Below are positions 47,760 through 56,889 of a stretch of DNA of 64,000 nucleotides, one piece after another (position 1 is the first letter of the stretch; each line of letters begins with the position of its first letter). The DNA is from Terricaulis sp. Its GTDB lineage: Bacteria; Pseudomonadota; Alphaproteobacteria; Caulobacterales; Aquidulcibacteraceae. The notes below the pieces were generated by a model. That model worked only from the letters and a program-made list of their open reading frames with translations. It did not search any database and was not told the origin of the DNA. The stretch is taken from the NCBI RefSeq assembly GCF_044224985.1, contig NZ_JBGAJJ010000006.1; one strand, written 5' to 3'. A program made the position numbers and the translations under genes.

Positions 47760-47833
47760 TGGAGGCCTCGCCCGGAATCGAACCGGGGTGCAAGGATTTG
47801 CAGTCCTCTGCGTAACCACTCCGCCACGAGGCC
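47760..47833 (-). tRNA. tRNA-Cys (anticodon GCA)
   Basis: Reverse complement GGCCTCGTGGCGGAGTGGTTACGCAGAGGACTGCAAATCCTTGCACCCCGGTTCGATTCCGGGCGAGGCCTCCA. Perfect 7-bp acceptor stem, anticodon loop CTGCAAA, T-loop TTCGATT, encoded CCA. Confidence 0.9.
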
Positions 47834-47900
47834 ATCCGCCCAGCCGCCATATGGGTACGCCGGGGCGCTTCTCCTATGCGGCTTCAAGCCCGGGAGCAAG

Positions 47901-48665
47901 GTGTGCGGGCCCGGCTTGCGCCTGGAGCAGCGCCCGGTCACCAAGCGGCGGGTGTTGCTCGGCCTGATTCCGAACCCGGCCAAGGGCGTGGGCCTGGAGC
48001 GCGCGCGGCTGATCGCGGCGGGCGCGCTGGCGGTCGTCGCGATGCTCGCGTTTGGGCTGATCATGACCTTGCCGGAGCGGGTGGACGTTTCGCCGACGGC
48101 GCTCAGCGTCGCGCGGCTGGACGAGTTTGCGGCGGATGCGCCCGCCTGCCGCGCCGCGCTGGCGGCCAACGGCTTTGAGACCGCCGCCGTGCCGGATGTC
48201 GATGGCGCGGGGCGCTGTGGGTACACGGGGGCGGTGGAACTCACCCGCGCCGCGCATTCCTTCTCCGAACCGATGGTGTCGAGTTGCGCGCTGGCGGCAG
48301 GGCTTGCGCTCTGGGAGCGCGACGTCGTGGACGCGGCCGCCGCACGGCACCTGCACCAGCGCGTCGCCAGGATCGAGCTCGCGGGTGAGACCTACACTTG
48401 CCGCCCGGTCGCAGGCCGCCGCGACCGCCGGCTTTCAGAGCACGCTTTCGCCAACGCTGTGGACATCCGCGGCTTCACGCTGGAGGACGGGCGCGTGATC
48501 ACGGTGGCGCAAGGCTGGCGGGGGCGGCGCGAGGACCGGGCTTTTCTCAGGGCGGTGCGGGACGGGGCCTGCCGGCATTTCCAGGCGGTCTTGTCGCCCG
48601 ACTACAACCGCGCCCACCGCGATCACCTGCACTTCGACCTCGGGCGCGACAAGATGTGCCGGTAG
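47901..48665 (+). CDS. extensin-like C-terminal domain protein (start uncertain)
   Basis: N-terminal TM (AAGALAVVAMLAFGLIM). C-terminal motif block EHAFANAVDIRGFTLEDGRVITV...FLRAVRDGACRHFQAVLSPDYNRAHRDHLHFDL. The ORF-track start at 47415 reads through two tRNA genes and is an artefact. Confidence 0.65.
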   Translation: MCGPGLRLEQRPVTKRRVLLGLIPNPAKGVGLERARLIAAGALAVVAMLAFGLIMTLPERVDVSPTALSVARLDEFAADAPACRAALAANGFETAAVPDVDGAGRCGYTGAVELTRAAHSFSEPMVSSCALAAGLALWERDVVDAAAARHLHQRVARIELAGETYTCRPVAGRRDRRLSEHAFANAVDIRGFTLEDGRVITVAQGWRGRREDRAFLRAVRDGACRHFQAVLSPDYNRAHRDHLHFDLGRDKMCR

Positions 48666-48724
48666 GCGGCTTGCGGGCCGGGCCGGGGCGGCTTAACCCC
48701 CGCTCAAGCATTGGAGCAGGGCGC

Positions 48725-49375
48725 ATGGATTTCGCGCGGGCGCGGGAAATGATGGTGGAGAGCCAGGTGCGGCCCTCCGACGTGACGGACCTGCGCATCC
48801 TGCACGCCATGCGCACGCTGCCGCGCGAGCGGTTCGCGCCGGCGCAGCGGAAGGCGCAGGCCTATGGCGACCTCGATCTCGAAGTGGCGCCTGGACGGGT
48901 GCTGCTGCGGCCGCGCGACCTGGCCAAGCTGATCCAGGCGCTGGCGCCGCAGGGTCACGAGCGGGCGCTTGAGATTGCAGGCGCTACGGGGTACGGCGCC
49001 GCGGTGCTCGCGGCGTGCTGCAAGAGCGTCATTTCACTCGATCCCGACCCGAATCTCTCTTTCGCCGCACAGGCGGCGCTCGAAGCGTCGGGCGTGACCA
49101 ATGTGAAAACTGCCTCCACGGCTGCCGCGCAGGGCTGGCCCGATGAGGCGCCCTACGATGTGATCATGTTGAACGGTGCGGCCGAGATCGTGCCGGATGC
49201 TTGGGTCGCGCAACTGGCGCCCGGCGGACGCCTGGGCGTGATCGTGCGCAACGGCGCTGCAGGCACGGCGCGCATCTACACCAAGAGCGAAGGCGCGGCC
49301 GCTTATCGTTCTGCCTTCGACGCGGCGCCGCCGATGGTGGCTGGATTGGAACAGCCGCCGCGCTTCCGCTTCTAG
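48725..49375 (+). CDS. pcm: protein-L-isoaspartate O-methyltransferase
   Basis: 216 aa from MDFARAREMMVESQVRPSDV. Contains LPRERF and the SAM-binding motif ALEIAGATGYGAAVLA. Confidence 0.75.
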   Translation: MDFARAREMMVESQVRPSDVTDLRILHAMRTLPRERFAPAQRKAQAYGDLDLEVAPGRVLLRPRDLAKLIQALAPQGHERALEIAGATGYGAAVLAACCKSVISLDPDPNLSFAAQAALEASGVTNVKTASTAAAQGWPDEAPYDVIMLNGAAEIVPDAWVAQLAPGGRLGVIVRNGAAGTARIYTKSEGAAAYRSAFDAAPPMVAGLEQPPRFRF

Positions 49376-49584
49376 TCGTTGGCGACGCGGAACGTCGCCG
49401 CGCATGGCGCGCTGTTAACGTTCCCTTATACGAGTTCGTGGACATGCTCTGCGCACAGCGCGGTGTGATTCCGTTCACGCTGCCGCGCGCATGCACAGCA
49501 TGGGCGCTGCACTGAACGGGGAATCGCCGCAAACCGTAACCGTTCCCCGAGTCGCCAGACTCGTTTGAATTTCGAGGGCTCGAC

Positions 49585-50088
49585 ATGGCGCTCCAAGACC
49601 CGCAAGCCGAACCTTCCATGGAAGAGATCCTGGCGTCGATCCGCCGGATCATCTCCGAGGAAGAGCAGGCGCCAACCGCGTCCGAACCTGTGCTTGATCT
49701 GACCCAGGCGGCGGAGCCGGCGAAGGCCTCTGCGCCCGAAGACGACATCGTTTTCGAAGCGGTCGAAGAGGTTGTCGCGGCGCCTGCGCCCACGCCGGTG
49801 CGCGCGCCCGAGCCGGTCCACACGCCTGCGGCTGTGGCGCATGCGCCGGTCGTCGACATGGGTGGCGACACCATCATCTCAACGCCGACCGCCTCGGCGG
49901 CCGCTGGCGCGCTGTCGCGTCTCGCCGGCACGCTGAAGATCGCCGACACCCCCGGTCAGACGGTTGAAGGCGTTGTGCGCGAACTGTTGAAGCCGATGTT
50001 GAAAGAATGGCTGGATCGCAACCTGCCGTCGATCGTCGAAGCGCGCGTCGAAGCCGAACTCGAACGGATTGCGCGCTTGGCGCGCTAA
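49585..50088 (+). CDS. popZ: pole-organizing protein PopZ (DUF2497 family)
   Basis: N-terminal PSMEEILASIRRIISEE, a Pro/Ala/Glu-rich linker, and C-terminal LLKPMLKEWLDRNLPSIVEARVEAELERI. Located upstream of valS, as in Caulobacter. Confidence 0.8.
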   Translation: MALQDPQAEPSMEEILASIRRIISEEEQAPTASEPVLDLTQAAEPAKASAPEDDIVFEAVEEVVAAPAPTPVRAPEPVHTPAAVAHAPVVDMGGDTIISTPTASAAAGALSRLAGTLKIADTPGQTVEGVVRELLKPMLKEWLDRNLPSIVEARVEAELERIARLAR

Positions 50089-50111
50089 CCTTCGCGACAG
50101 CTAGAAATTTC

Positions 50112-50150
50112 AAATCGGCGCTCCGGCAACGGGGCGCCGATTTCTGTTTT
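50112..50150 (+). terminator. rho-independent terminator after popZ
   Basis: Perfect 10-bp stem AAATCGGCGC / GCGCCGATTT (50112-50121 / 50134-50143) running into TTTCTGTTTT. Confidence 0.6.
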
Positions 50151-50153
50151 GGT

Positions 50154-50240
50154 ATGGAGCGCCGGCGTCCTCGCCGGCATTTTCCGGCAAGGCTGGGGTG
50201 CTGATCATCGAACCCGCCGGCGCGGACGCCGGCGCTCCAT
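50154..50240. repeat. 87-nt element with perfect 17-bp terminal inverted repeats
   Basis: ATGGAGCGCCGGCGTCC (50154-50170) and GGACGCCGGCGCTCCAT (50224-50240), with an inner hairpin GCCGG-cattttc-CCGGC. Lies between two convergent genes. Confidence 0.8.
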
Positions 50241-50242
50241 GG

Positions 50243-50722
50243 TTATGATGTGTCGGCCGATAGTGGCGTCACGAAGCCGGCGCTGAGCAGCGGCGTCTCC
50301 CCTGCGCAGGCGTGCTCGGGCGCGCGGCGCGAGAGGCCGTGGCGGAGGCGGCGCAGGAGTTGCGCGACCCAGCGGTCGAGATTGGCGAGCGCAGTGCTGA
50401 GTGCGGCAAGGCGCGCGTCCATGTCGCGCCCGCGCAGGGCGCGGCGCAGCGCCGAGCCGACGGCGGCGCGGCGCCAGGCGTCGGGACGCGCAGGCAACCA
50501 GGGACGCGGACGCCGGCGCATGCGCCAGCGTTTCAGCACGCGGATGAGGATGATGCTTTCGACGGCGCGCGCGATCCGGCGCAGTTGTGTCTCGATGAAG
50601 CTCTTGCCGGGGCCTTCGTCGAAGGCGACCCACGCCAAAATCTGCGCCAGCCACAGCAGCGCCCACAGCGTAAGCCGGGTCAGGGTCCGATCGGAAACAG
50701 CGGTGGCGGGCGCAGGGCGCAT
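50243..50722 (-). CDS. hypothetical membrane-associated protein
   Basis: 159 aa with a strongly GC-rich third codon position in this frame. One TM-like segment (LTLWALLWLAQILAWVAF). Arg-rich. Confidence 0.55.
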   Translation of the reverse strand: MRPAPATAVSDRTLTRLTLWALLWLAQILAWVAFDEGPGKSFIETQLRRIARAVESIILIRVLKRWRMRRRPRPWLPARPDAWRRAAVGSALRRALRGRDMDARLAALSTALANLDRWVAQLLRRLRHGLSRRAPEHACAGETPLLSAGFVTPLSADTS

Positions 50723-50924
50723 CCGGACACTATGCGGCCGCTGCTGGAGGGGGCGGACAGATTTTGTTGCGGGCGTTGATGGGCAAGGGAATTCGGGTGC
50801 TGGGGTGTGGGATAGGGTCGTTTAAGCCGGCCGGCGCCCTCGATCTCGCTGGCAGGGCGCCGTGCGGTCATGGGACGGGCGCCCCTCTCGCAATGCAGCA
50901 TGGCCGCCTGCTATAGGCTTTGGG

Positions 50925-53654
50925 ATGATCGAGACGACCTTCAATCCGAAAGAAGTAGAGCCGCGCTGGAGCGAGGCTTGGGAGAGTAGCGGCGCGTTCA
51001 AGCCGAAGGCGGACCCGAAGGCCGACCCGTTCGCCATCGTCATCCCGCCGCCCAATGTCACCGGGTCGCTTCATATCGGCCATGCGCTCAACAATACGCT
51101 GCAGGACGTGCTCGTCCGCTTCGAGCGGCTGCGCGGCAAGAGCGTGCTGTGGCAGCCGGGCACCGACCACGCCGGCATCGCGACGCAATTGGTCGTCGAG
51201 CGCCAGCTCGCCGAAGACGGCAACAACATGGATCGCAAGACGCTCGGGCGTGAAGAATTCCTGAAGCGCGTGTGGGCGTGGAAGGAAGTCTCGGGCGGCA
51301 CGATCACGACGCAGCTTCGGCGTTTGGGCGCCTCGTGCGATTGGTCGCGCGAACGCTTCACCATGGATGAAGGCCTTTCGGCCGCCGTGCGCAAAGTGTT
51401 CGTTCAGCTGTTCAAGGAAGGGCTCATCTACAAGGACACGCGCCTTGTGAACTGGGACCCGCATTTCGAAACCGCGATCTCCGATCTTGAAGTGCAGAAC
51501 AAGGAAGTGAACGGCCACTTCTGGCACTTCAAATATCCGCTCGAGAACGGCGAGACCTATAAATTTCCGATCGCCTACGACACCGCCGGCAATCCGACCG
51601 AGTGGGAAGAGCGCAATTACATCGCCATCGCTACGACGCGTCCGGAGACGATGCTGGGCGACGGCGCGGTGGCGGTGCATCCGGAAGACGCGCGCTATGC
51701 GGGCATCGTCGGCAAGCGCGTGCTGCTGCCGCTGGCGGACCGCTACATTCCGATCATCGCCGACGACTATCCGGATCCGACCTTTGGCTCGGGTGCGGTG
51801 AAGATCACCGGCGCGCACGACTTCAACGACTACAAGGTTGCGCGCAAACACAATTTGCCGCTCTACGTGCTCATGGACACCAAGGGCCGCATGGCCAATG
51901 CGGAGCACGTGCCGCCGAAATATCGCGGCCTAGACCGCTTCGAGGCGCGCAAGCAGGTGGTGGCCGACATCGAAGCGCTGGGGCTTCTGGATCGGGTCGA
52001 GGACAAGAAAGTCAGCCAGCCGTTCGGCGATCGCTCCAATGTCGTCATCGAACCGATGCTGACCGAACAATGGTACGCCAACGCCGCCGAACTGGCGAAG
52101 CCCGCCATCGCCGCGGTTGAGAGCGGCAAGACCAAGTTCACGCCGGAGAGCTGGTCGAAGACCTATTTCCAATGGATGCGCAACATCGAGCCCTGGTGCA
52201 TCTCGCGCCAGCTCTGGTGGGGCCATCGCATTCCGGCCTGGTACGGGCCGGACGGAAAAGTGTTCGTCGAGGAGAGTGCAACCGCGGCGAAATCGGCTGC
52301 GCGCAAGCATTACGGCAACGACGTCGAGCTGCGCCAGGACGAGGACGTGCTCGACACCTGGTTCTCGTCGGCGCTCTGGCCCTTCTCCACCATGGGCTGG
52401 CCCGACAAGACGCCGGAGCTGAAGCGCTTTTACCCCGGCGCAATCCTGGTGACCGCGCACGACATCATCTTCTTCTGGGTCGCACGGATGATGATGATGG
52501 GGCTGCACTTCATGAAGGAAGTGCCGTTCCACGAAGTCTACATCCACGCGCTGGTGCGCGACGCCTCCGGCGCCAAGATGTCGAAGTCGAAGGGCAACGT
52601 GATGGACCCGCTGGTCCTCATCGACCAGTACGGCGCCGATGCGTTGCGCTTCACGCTGGCGGCGATGGCGGCGCAGGGGCGCGACATCAAGCTCAGCGAA
52701 CAGCGCATCGAAGGCTATCGCAATTTCGGCACCAAGCTTTGGAACGCCGCCCGCTTCGCGCAAATGAACGAATGCGCGGTCTGGGACAGATACGATCCGC
52801 GCGATGTAAAACAAACCGTCAACCGCTGGATCATCGGCGAAGCGGCGAAGGCCGTGGCGCTGGTGACGGAAGAGCTGGAAGCGCGCCGTTTCAATGAGGC
52901 GGCGTCGGCGCTCTATCGTTTCGTTTGGAACGTCTATTGCGATTGGTATCTCGAATTCATCAAGCCGCTGCTCAATGGTGAGGACGAAGACGCCAAGCTG
53001 GAGACGCGGCGCACGACGGCGTGGATATTGGATCAGATCCTGATCCTGCTGCATCCGTTCATGCCCTTCATCACCGAAGAGCTCTGGGCGCGCACCGGCG
53101 AATACGGGCAGAAGCGCGACGGCATGCTGATCAATGCGCAATGGCCCGATTTGCCGCTCGATCTGCTGGACAAGGAAGCCGAGTCCGAGATCGAGTGGAC
53201 CGTCAATCTGATCGCGGAAACGCGCTCGACCCGCTCCGAACTCAATGTGCCTGCAGGCGCGAAGATTCCGCTGCTGCTGATCGGCGTCGGCAAGGACGTA
53301 GAAGCGCGCCTGGAGCGCTACCAGGGTCTCATCGACCGCATGGCGCGGCTCGAATACTCGACGACTGCCGATGCGGCGCCCGCGGGTTCGGTGACGTTCG
53401 TGCTCGATGGCGCCACCGTGGCGCTGCCGCTGGCGGGCGTGGTGGATCTGCCGGCGGAAGCAGCGCGGCTGGCCAAGGAGATCGGCAAGCTCGACGGCGA
53501 AATCTCCAAGATGGACGCCAAGCTCGGCAACGCTTCCTTCGTCGAGAAGGCGCCGGAAGAGGTTGTCGAAGAATTGCGCGAGCGGCGCGAGGACGCAGCG
53601 GCGTCGTCGGTGAAGCTGAAACATGCGCTGAAGCAGATCAAGGGCGAGGCCTGA
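50925..53654 (+). CDS. valS: valine--tRNA ligase
   Basis: 909 aa from MIETTFNPKEVEPRW. Contains PPPNVTGSLHIGHAL (HIGH) and KMSKSKGN (KMSKS), with a C-terminal coiled coil. Confidence 0.95.
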   Translation: MIETTFNPKEVEPRWSEAWESSGAFKPKADPKADPFAIVIPPPNVTGSLHIGHALNNTLQDVLVRFERLRGKSVLWQPGTDHAGIATQLVVERQLAEDGNNMDRKTLGREEFLKRVWAWKEVSGGTITTQLRRLGASCDWSRERFTMDEGLSAAVRKVFVQLFKEGLIYKDTRLVNWDPHFETAISDLEVQNKEVNGHFWHFKYPLENGETYKFPIAYDTAGNPTEWEERNYIAIATTRPETMLGDGAVAVHPEDARYAGIVGKRVLLPLADRYIPIIADDYPDPTFGSGAVKITGAHDFNDYKVARKHNLPLYVLMDTKGRMANAEHVPPKYRGLDRFEARKQVVADIEALGLLDRVEDKKVSQPFGDRSNVVIEPMLTEQWYANAAELAKPAIAAVESGKTKFTPESWSKTYFQWMRNIEPWCISRQLWWGHRIPAWYGPDGKVFVEESATAAKSAARKHYGNDVELRQDEDVLDTWFSSALWPFSTMGWPDKTPELKRFYPGAILVTAHDIIFFWVARMMMMGLHFMKEVPFHEVYIHALVRDASGAKMSKSKGNVMDPLVLIDQYGADALRFTLAAMAAQGRDIKLSEQRIEGYRNFGTKLWNAARFAQMNECAVWDRYDPRDVKQTVNRWIIGEAAKAVALVTEELEARRFNEAASALYRFVWNVYCDWYLEFIKPLLNGEDEDAKLETRRTTAWILDQILILLHPFMPFITEELWARTGEYGQKRDGMLINAQWPDLPLDLLDKEAESEIEWTVNLIAETRSTRSELNVPAGAKIPLLLIGVGKDVEARLERYQGLIDRMARLEYSTTADAAPAGSVTFVLDGATVALPLAGVVDLPAEAARLAKEIGKLDGEISKMDAKLGNASFVEKAPEEVVEELRERREDAAASSVKLKHALKQIKGEA

Positions 53655-54643
53655 TGCGCATCTTCATCACCGGCGCGTCGGGTTTCGTGGGCGGCGCGGC
53701 GGCGAAGCATTTCGTGGCGCAAGGCCACGACGTCCGCGCCATGTCGCGCTCGGAGAAGTCCGACGCCGTGATCGGGTCGCTTGGCGCAACACCGGTCCGC
53801 TGCGATCTGGAGAACGTGACCGCTGCGCACATCGGCGACGCCGAGGCGATCGTCCATTCGGCGGCGTTCGTCGAGCAGTGGGGTCCGAAGGACGCCTGGT
53901 TCAGGTTCAATGTGCTTGGTACGCGCGCGATGCTGGAAGCGGCGTCGCAAGCGGGCGCCAAGCGCTTCGTTCACATCAGCACCGAAAGCGTGCTCTGGCG
54001 CGGGCAGAGCCTCAATGGCGCCGACGAGACCTATCCGCTCGCGCCCAACTCGCCCTATCCGTATGCGGCCACCAAGGCGCAAGCGGAAATGATCGTGAAG
54101 GCCGCCAACAGCGAGACGCTGAAGACGATCATCCTGCGGCCGCGCTTTATTTGGGGGCCGGGCGACACCACGCTGGTCCCGGCGATCGAAGCGATGGCCA
54201 AGTCCGGCCAGTGGATGTGGATCAATCACGGCCGCGCCATGACCTCGACCACACACGTCGCCAATTTGATCCACGCGATCGAGCTGGCGCTCACCAAGGG
54301 CGATCCAGGCGAGGCCTATTTCGTACTCGATGACGGCGTGCGCTCGATGCACGAGATGATCTCCGGCATTGCCGCGTCGCGCGGCATCACGCTGCCGGAG
54401 AAATCCATCCCAGCCTGGCTCGCCGATGCGATCGGCGGCGCGTGCGAGGCCGCTTGGGGGACGTTTGGCCTCAAGAGCGACCCGCCGCTCACGCGCTTTT
54501 CGGCCATGATCATGTCGCGCGACAGCGTTCTATCGGATGATAAGATTCGCACCGAGATGGGCTACAGGCCGGTGATCTCCGTCGAAGACGGTCTCGCCGC
54601 GCTGCCGCGACCTTTGGCGCCAGGAACCGCCATTCCCACATGA
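53654..54643 (+). CDS. NAD-dependent epimerase/dehydratase (3-beta-HSD-like SDR)
   Basis: ATG overlaps the valS stop (TGATG). Contains MRIFITGASGFVGGAAAKHF and YPYAATKAQAE (YxxxK). Confidence 0.8.
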   Translation: MRIFITGASGFVGGAAAKHFVAQGHDVRAMSRSEKSDAVIGSLGATPVRCDLENVTAAHIGDAEAIVHSAAFVEQWGPKDAWFRFNVLGTRAMLEAASQAGAKRFVHISTESVLWRGQSLNGADETYPLAPNSPYPYAATKAQAEMIVKAANSETLKTIILRPRFIWGPGDTTLVPAIEAMAKSGQWMWINHGRAMTSTTHVANLIHAIELALTKGDPGEAYFVLDDGVRSMHEMISGIAASRGITLPEKSIPAWLADAIGGACEAAWGTFGLKSDPPLTRFSAMIMSRDSVLSDDKIRTEMGYRPVISVEDGLAALPRPLAPGTAIPT

Positions 54644-54678
54644 AGGTTTAGCGTAAGGCGGGGGCTGCGAGTTGAGGC

Positions 54679-55890
54679 ATGCTCCAAGCTCTGATCGATC
54701 GAGCCTTCAAGGGTGAGAAGTTTTTGGTGCGGCTGCCGGATCGGCGGCTCATCGGCCCAAACGGCGTCGCCTATGACGACGCCCCGCTCATCGTTCATAT
54801 CCACAGCGATCGCGCCGTGCGGCGCATCGCCGGCAATCCGGGGCTCGCGGTGGGTGAAGCCTATATGGACGGCGAATTCACGCTTGAGCGCGGGACGCTC
54901 TACGATTTTCTCGCCATGGCGACGCGGCATCTGAAAACGCTCAAGCGTCCCCGCTGGTTCGGCCGGGCGCCTGTGAACCGCCGCCGCGCGTCGCGCCGCA
55001 ACGTGGCGCATCATTACGATCTCTCCGGCGAACTCTACCGGCTCTTCCTCGACGACGACCGGCAATATTCCTGCGCCTATTTTCGCGCACCCGGCATGAG
55101 CCTGGAAGAGGCGCAGGCCGCCAAGAAGCGCCACCTCGCGGCCAAGCTGCTGCTGAAGCCCGGCCAGCGCGTGCTCGACATCGGCTCGGGCTGGGGCGGC
55201 CTGGCGCTGACGCTCGCCGAAGAGCATGGCGCCGAGGTCGAGGGCGTCACGCTTTCTGAAGAGCAATATGCGGAATCGGTGCAGCGCGCGGCGCAGCGAG
55301 GGCTGCACGACCGCGTGCGCTTCAATCTGCGCGACTACCGCGACGTCGAAGGCAGCTTCGACCGCATCGTGTCGGTGGGCATGTTCGAACACGTCGGGCC
55401 GGCGCATTACGGCGCGTTCTTCGAGGCGCTCGGACGCCTGCTCAAGGACGACGGCGTCGCCGTCCTCCACACGATCGGGCGCAGCGACGAAGCGCGGCGT
55501 GTCAATGGCTGGACCGAAAAGTACATCTTTCCGGGCGGCGCGCTGCCCAGCCTGTCGCAAATTGCGGCGGCCGCCGAACGCGCCGATCTGATGATCACCG
55601 ACGTGGAGGTGCTGCGGCTGCACTACGCGGAGACGCTGCGCGCGTGGCGCGCGCGCTTCGAGGCGCATCGCAGCCGGATCGCCGCGCTCTATGACGAACG
55701 CTTCTGCCGCATGTGGGAATTCTACCTGACCGGGTCGGAGGCCGGATTCCGGGTGGGCGAACTCGTGGTGTTTCAGGTGCAGCTGGCGAAGAGCCGCACC
55801 GCGGTCCCGCAGACGCGCGACTACATCTCCGACTTCGACCGCGCCGCCGCGCGCGAGGCCGCGCCAGGATTTCGAATCGCGGCCGAGTAG
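54679..55890 (+). CDS. cfa: cyclopropane-fatty-acyl-phospholipid synthase family methyltransferase
   Basis: 403 aa. Contains HHYDLSGELYRLFLDDDRQYSCAYF, VLDIGSGWGGLAL and FPGGALPSL. Confidence 0.85.
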   Translation: MLQALIDRAFKGEKFLVRLPDRRLIGPNGVAYDDAPLIVHIHSDRAVRRIAGNPGLAVGEAYMDGEFTLERGTLYDFLAMATRHLKTLKRPRWFGRAPVNRRRASRRNVAHHYDLSGELYRLFLDDDRQYSCAYFRAPGMSLEEAQAAKKRHLAAKLLLKPGQRVLDIGSGWGGLALTLAEEHGAEVEGVTLSEEQYAESVQRAAQRGLHDRVRFNLRDYRDVEGSFDRIVSVGMFEHVGPAHYGAFFEALGRLLKDDGVAVLHTIGRSDEARRVNGWTEKYIFPGGALPSLSQIAAAAERADLMITDVEVLRLHYAETLRAWRARFEAHRSRIAALYDERFCRMWEFYLTGSEAGFRVGELVVFQVQLAKSRTAVPQTRDYISDFDRAAAREAAPGFRIAAE

Positions 55891-55929
55891 GCGTTGCCAA
55901 GCGCGCGACCGGGCCGCAAGGTCCGGCGC

Positions 55930-56889
55930 ATGACTGCCGAGTCGCCGAACGTGGATTTCGCCAATCTCGACGACGCAACCTTCGCGCGCCTCTACGCGGA
56001 GCGCATCGAGCCGTGTTTCCACGACAACGAGGATGAGCGCATCGCCGCGGTGGCGAGCTACAAGCAGCGGCTGATGATCGGCATTCCGGCGGTGCTCGCG
56101 GTCGCCGCGGTGGCGTGGTTCTGGTCACGCGAGTTCTGGTTCGCCTTTTTCGCCATCGTGTTTCTGGGCGTGATCGCCTTCGCCATCGCCTACGCCCCGC
56201 TCGCCGCCGTCGGCAAGAAGGTGAAGCAGGCTTATTGTGCGGCGATCGCCGAGGCGATGGGCGCGTCGTTCACGATGGGCGGATTTTCACCGCCGGCGCT
56301 GGAGCGGATGAAGCATCTGCGGTTGCTGCCGGGGTACTCGCGGTCGAGTTTCGAGGATCTGTTCAGCGGTTCCTACCGGGAGTGCCCGTTCGATCTTTAC
56401 GAAGCCCACCTCGAACAGCGTCACACCGACAGCAAGGGCCGCACGCGCTACAGCACGGTGTTCCGCGGCCAGCTGGTGCGCATGCACTTTCCGCGCAAGT
56501 TTCTGGGCATTACCGTGGTGCGGCGGGATGCGGGCGTGTTCAACGTGTTCGGCGGCGGATTGGGATTGAAGCGGGTTGGCTTGGAAGATCCGCTGTTCGA
56601 GAAGGCCTTCGAAGTCTGGGGCAACGATCAGGTGGAGGCGCGTTACATTCTCCATCCCGTCCTGATGCAGCGCCTGCTCGATCTGGAGACGCGGCTCAAA
56701 GGCAAGCGGCTGCGCTGCGCCTTCGAGGACGGCGAGCTGCTGGTCGCGGTCGAGGGCGGCAATCTGTTCGAGCCGGGCGATCTGTTCAAACCGCTGGTCG
56801 ATCAGACGCGCGCGCGGCGCATCGTGGATGAGATTGCGAGCGTGGTGCGGGTGATGGAGCAGGTCATCACGGCGCAGGCGCGGCGCTAG
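55930..56889 (+). CDS. DUF3137-like membrane protein
   Basis: Start MTAESPN. Two central TM segments. Family call from overall pattern (weak). Confidence 0.5.
   Translation: MTAESPNVDFANLDDATFARLYAERIEPCFHDNEDERIAAVASYKQRLMIGIPAVLAVAAVAWFWSREFWFAFFAIVFLGVIAFAIAYAPLAAVGKKVKQAYCAAIAEAMGASFTMGGFSPPALERMKHLRLLPGYSRSSFEDLFSGSYRECPFDLYEAHLEQRHTDSKGRTRYSTVFRGQLVRMHFPRKFLGITVVRRDAGVFNVFGGGLGLKRVGLEDPLFEKAFEVWGNDQVEARYILHPVLMQRLLDLETRLKGKRLRCAFEDGELLVAVEGGNLFEPGDLFKPLVDQTRARRIVDEIASVVRVMEQVITAQARR

Noticed and set aside
47415-47900. N-terminal part of the 416-aa ORF 47415-48665, which would read through tRNA-Asn, a terminator hairpin and tRNA-Cys.
   Set aside because: The frame is open by chance across two cloverleaf-validated tRNA genes. 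The real gene (extensin-like C-terminal domain) must start after ~47900.
51930-53624. Very long antisense ORFs opposite well-supported genes. Examples: 564 aa opposite valS, 486 aa at 54562-56022 opposite cfa, 478 aa at 58915-60351 opposite asmA, 411 aa at 57698-58933 opposite the CobW gene, 490 aa at 41316-42788 opposite the FAD oxidase, 446 aa at 33025-34365 opposite narH, and 392 aa at 29321-30499 opposite narG.
   Set aside because: These are typical high-GC artefacts. Their translations are Arg/Ala/Gly/Pro-rich low-complexity sequence with no motifs, while the opposite strand carries unmistakable conserved proteins. There is no independent RBS or context support.
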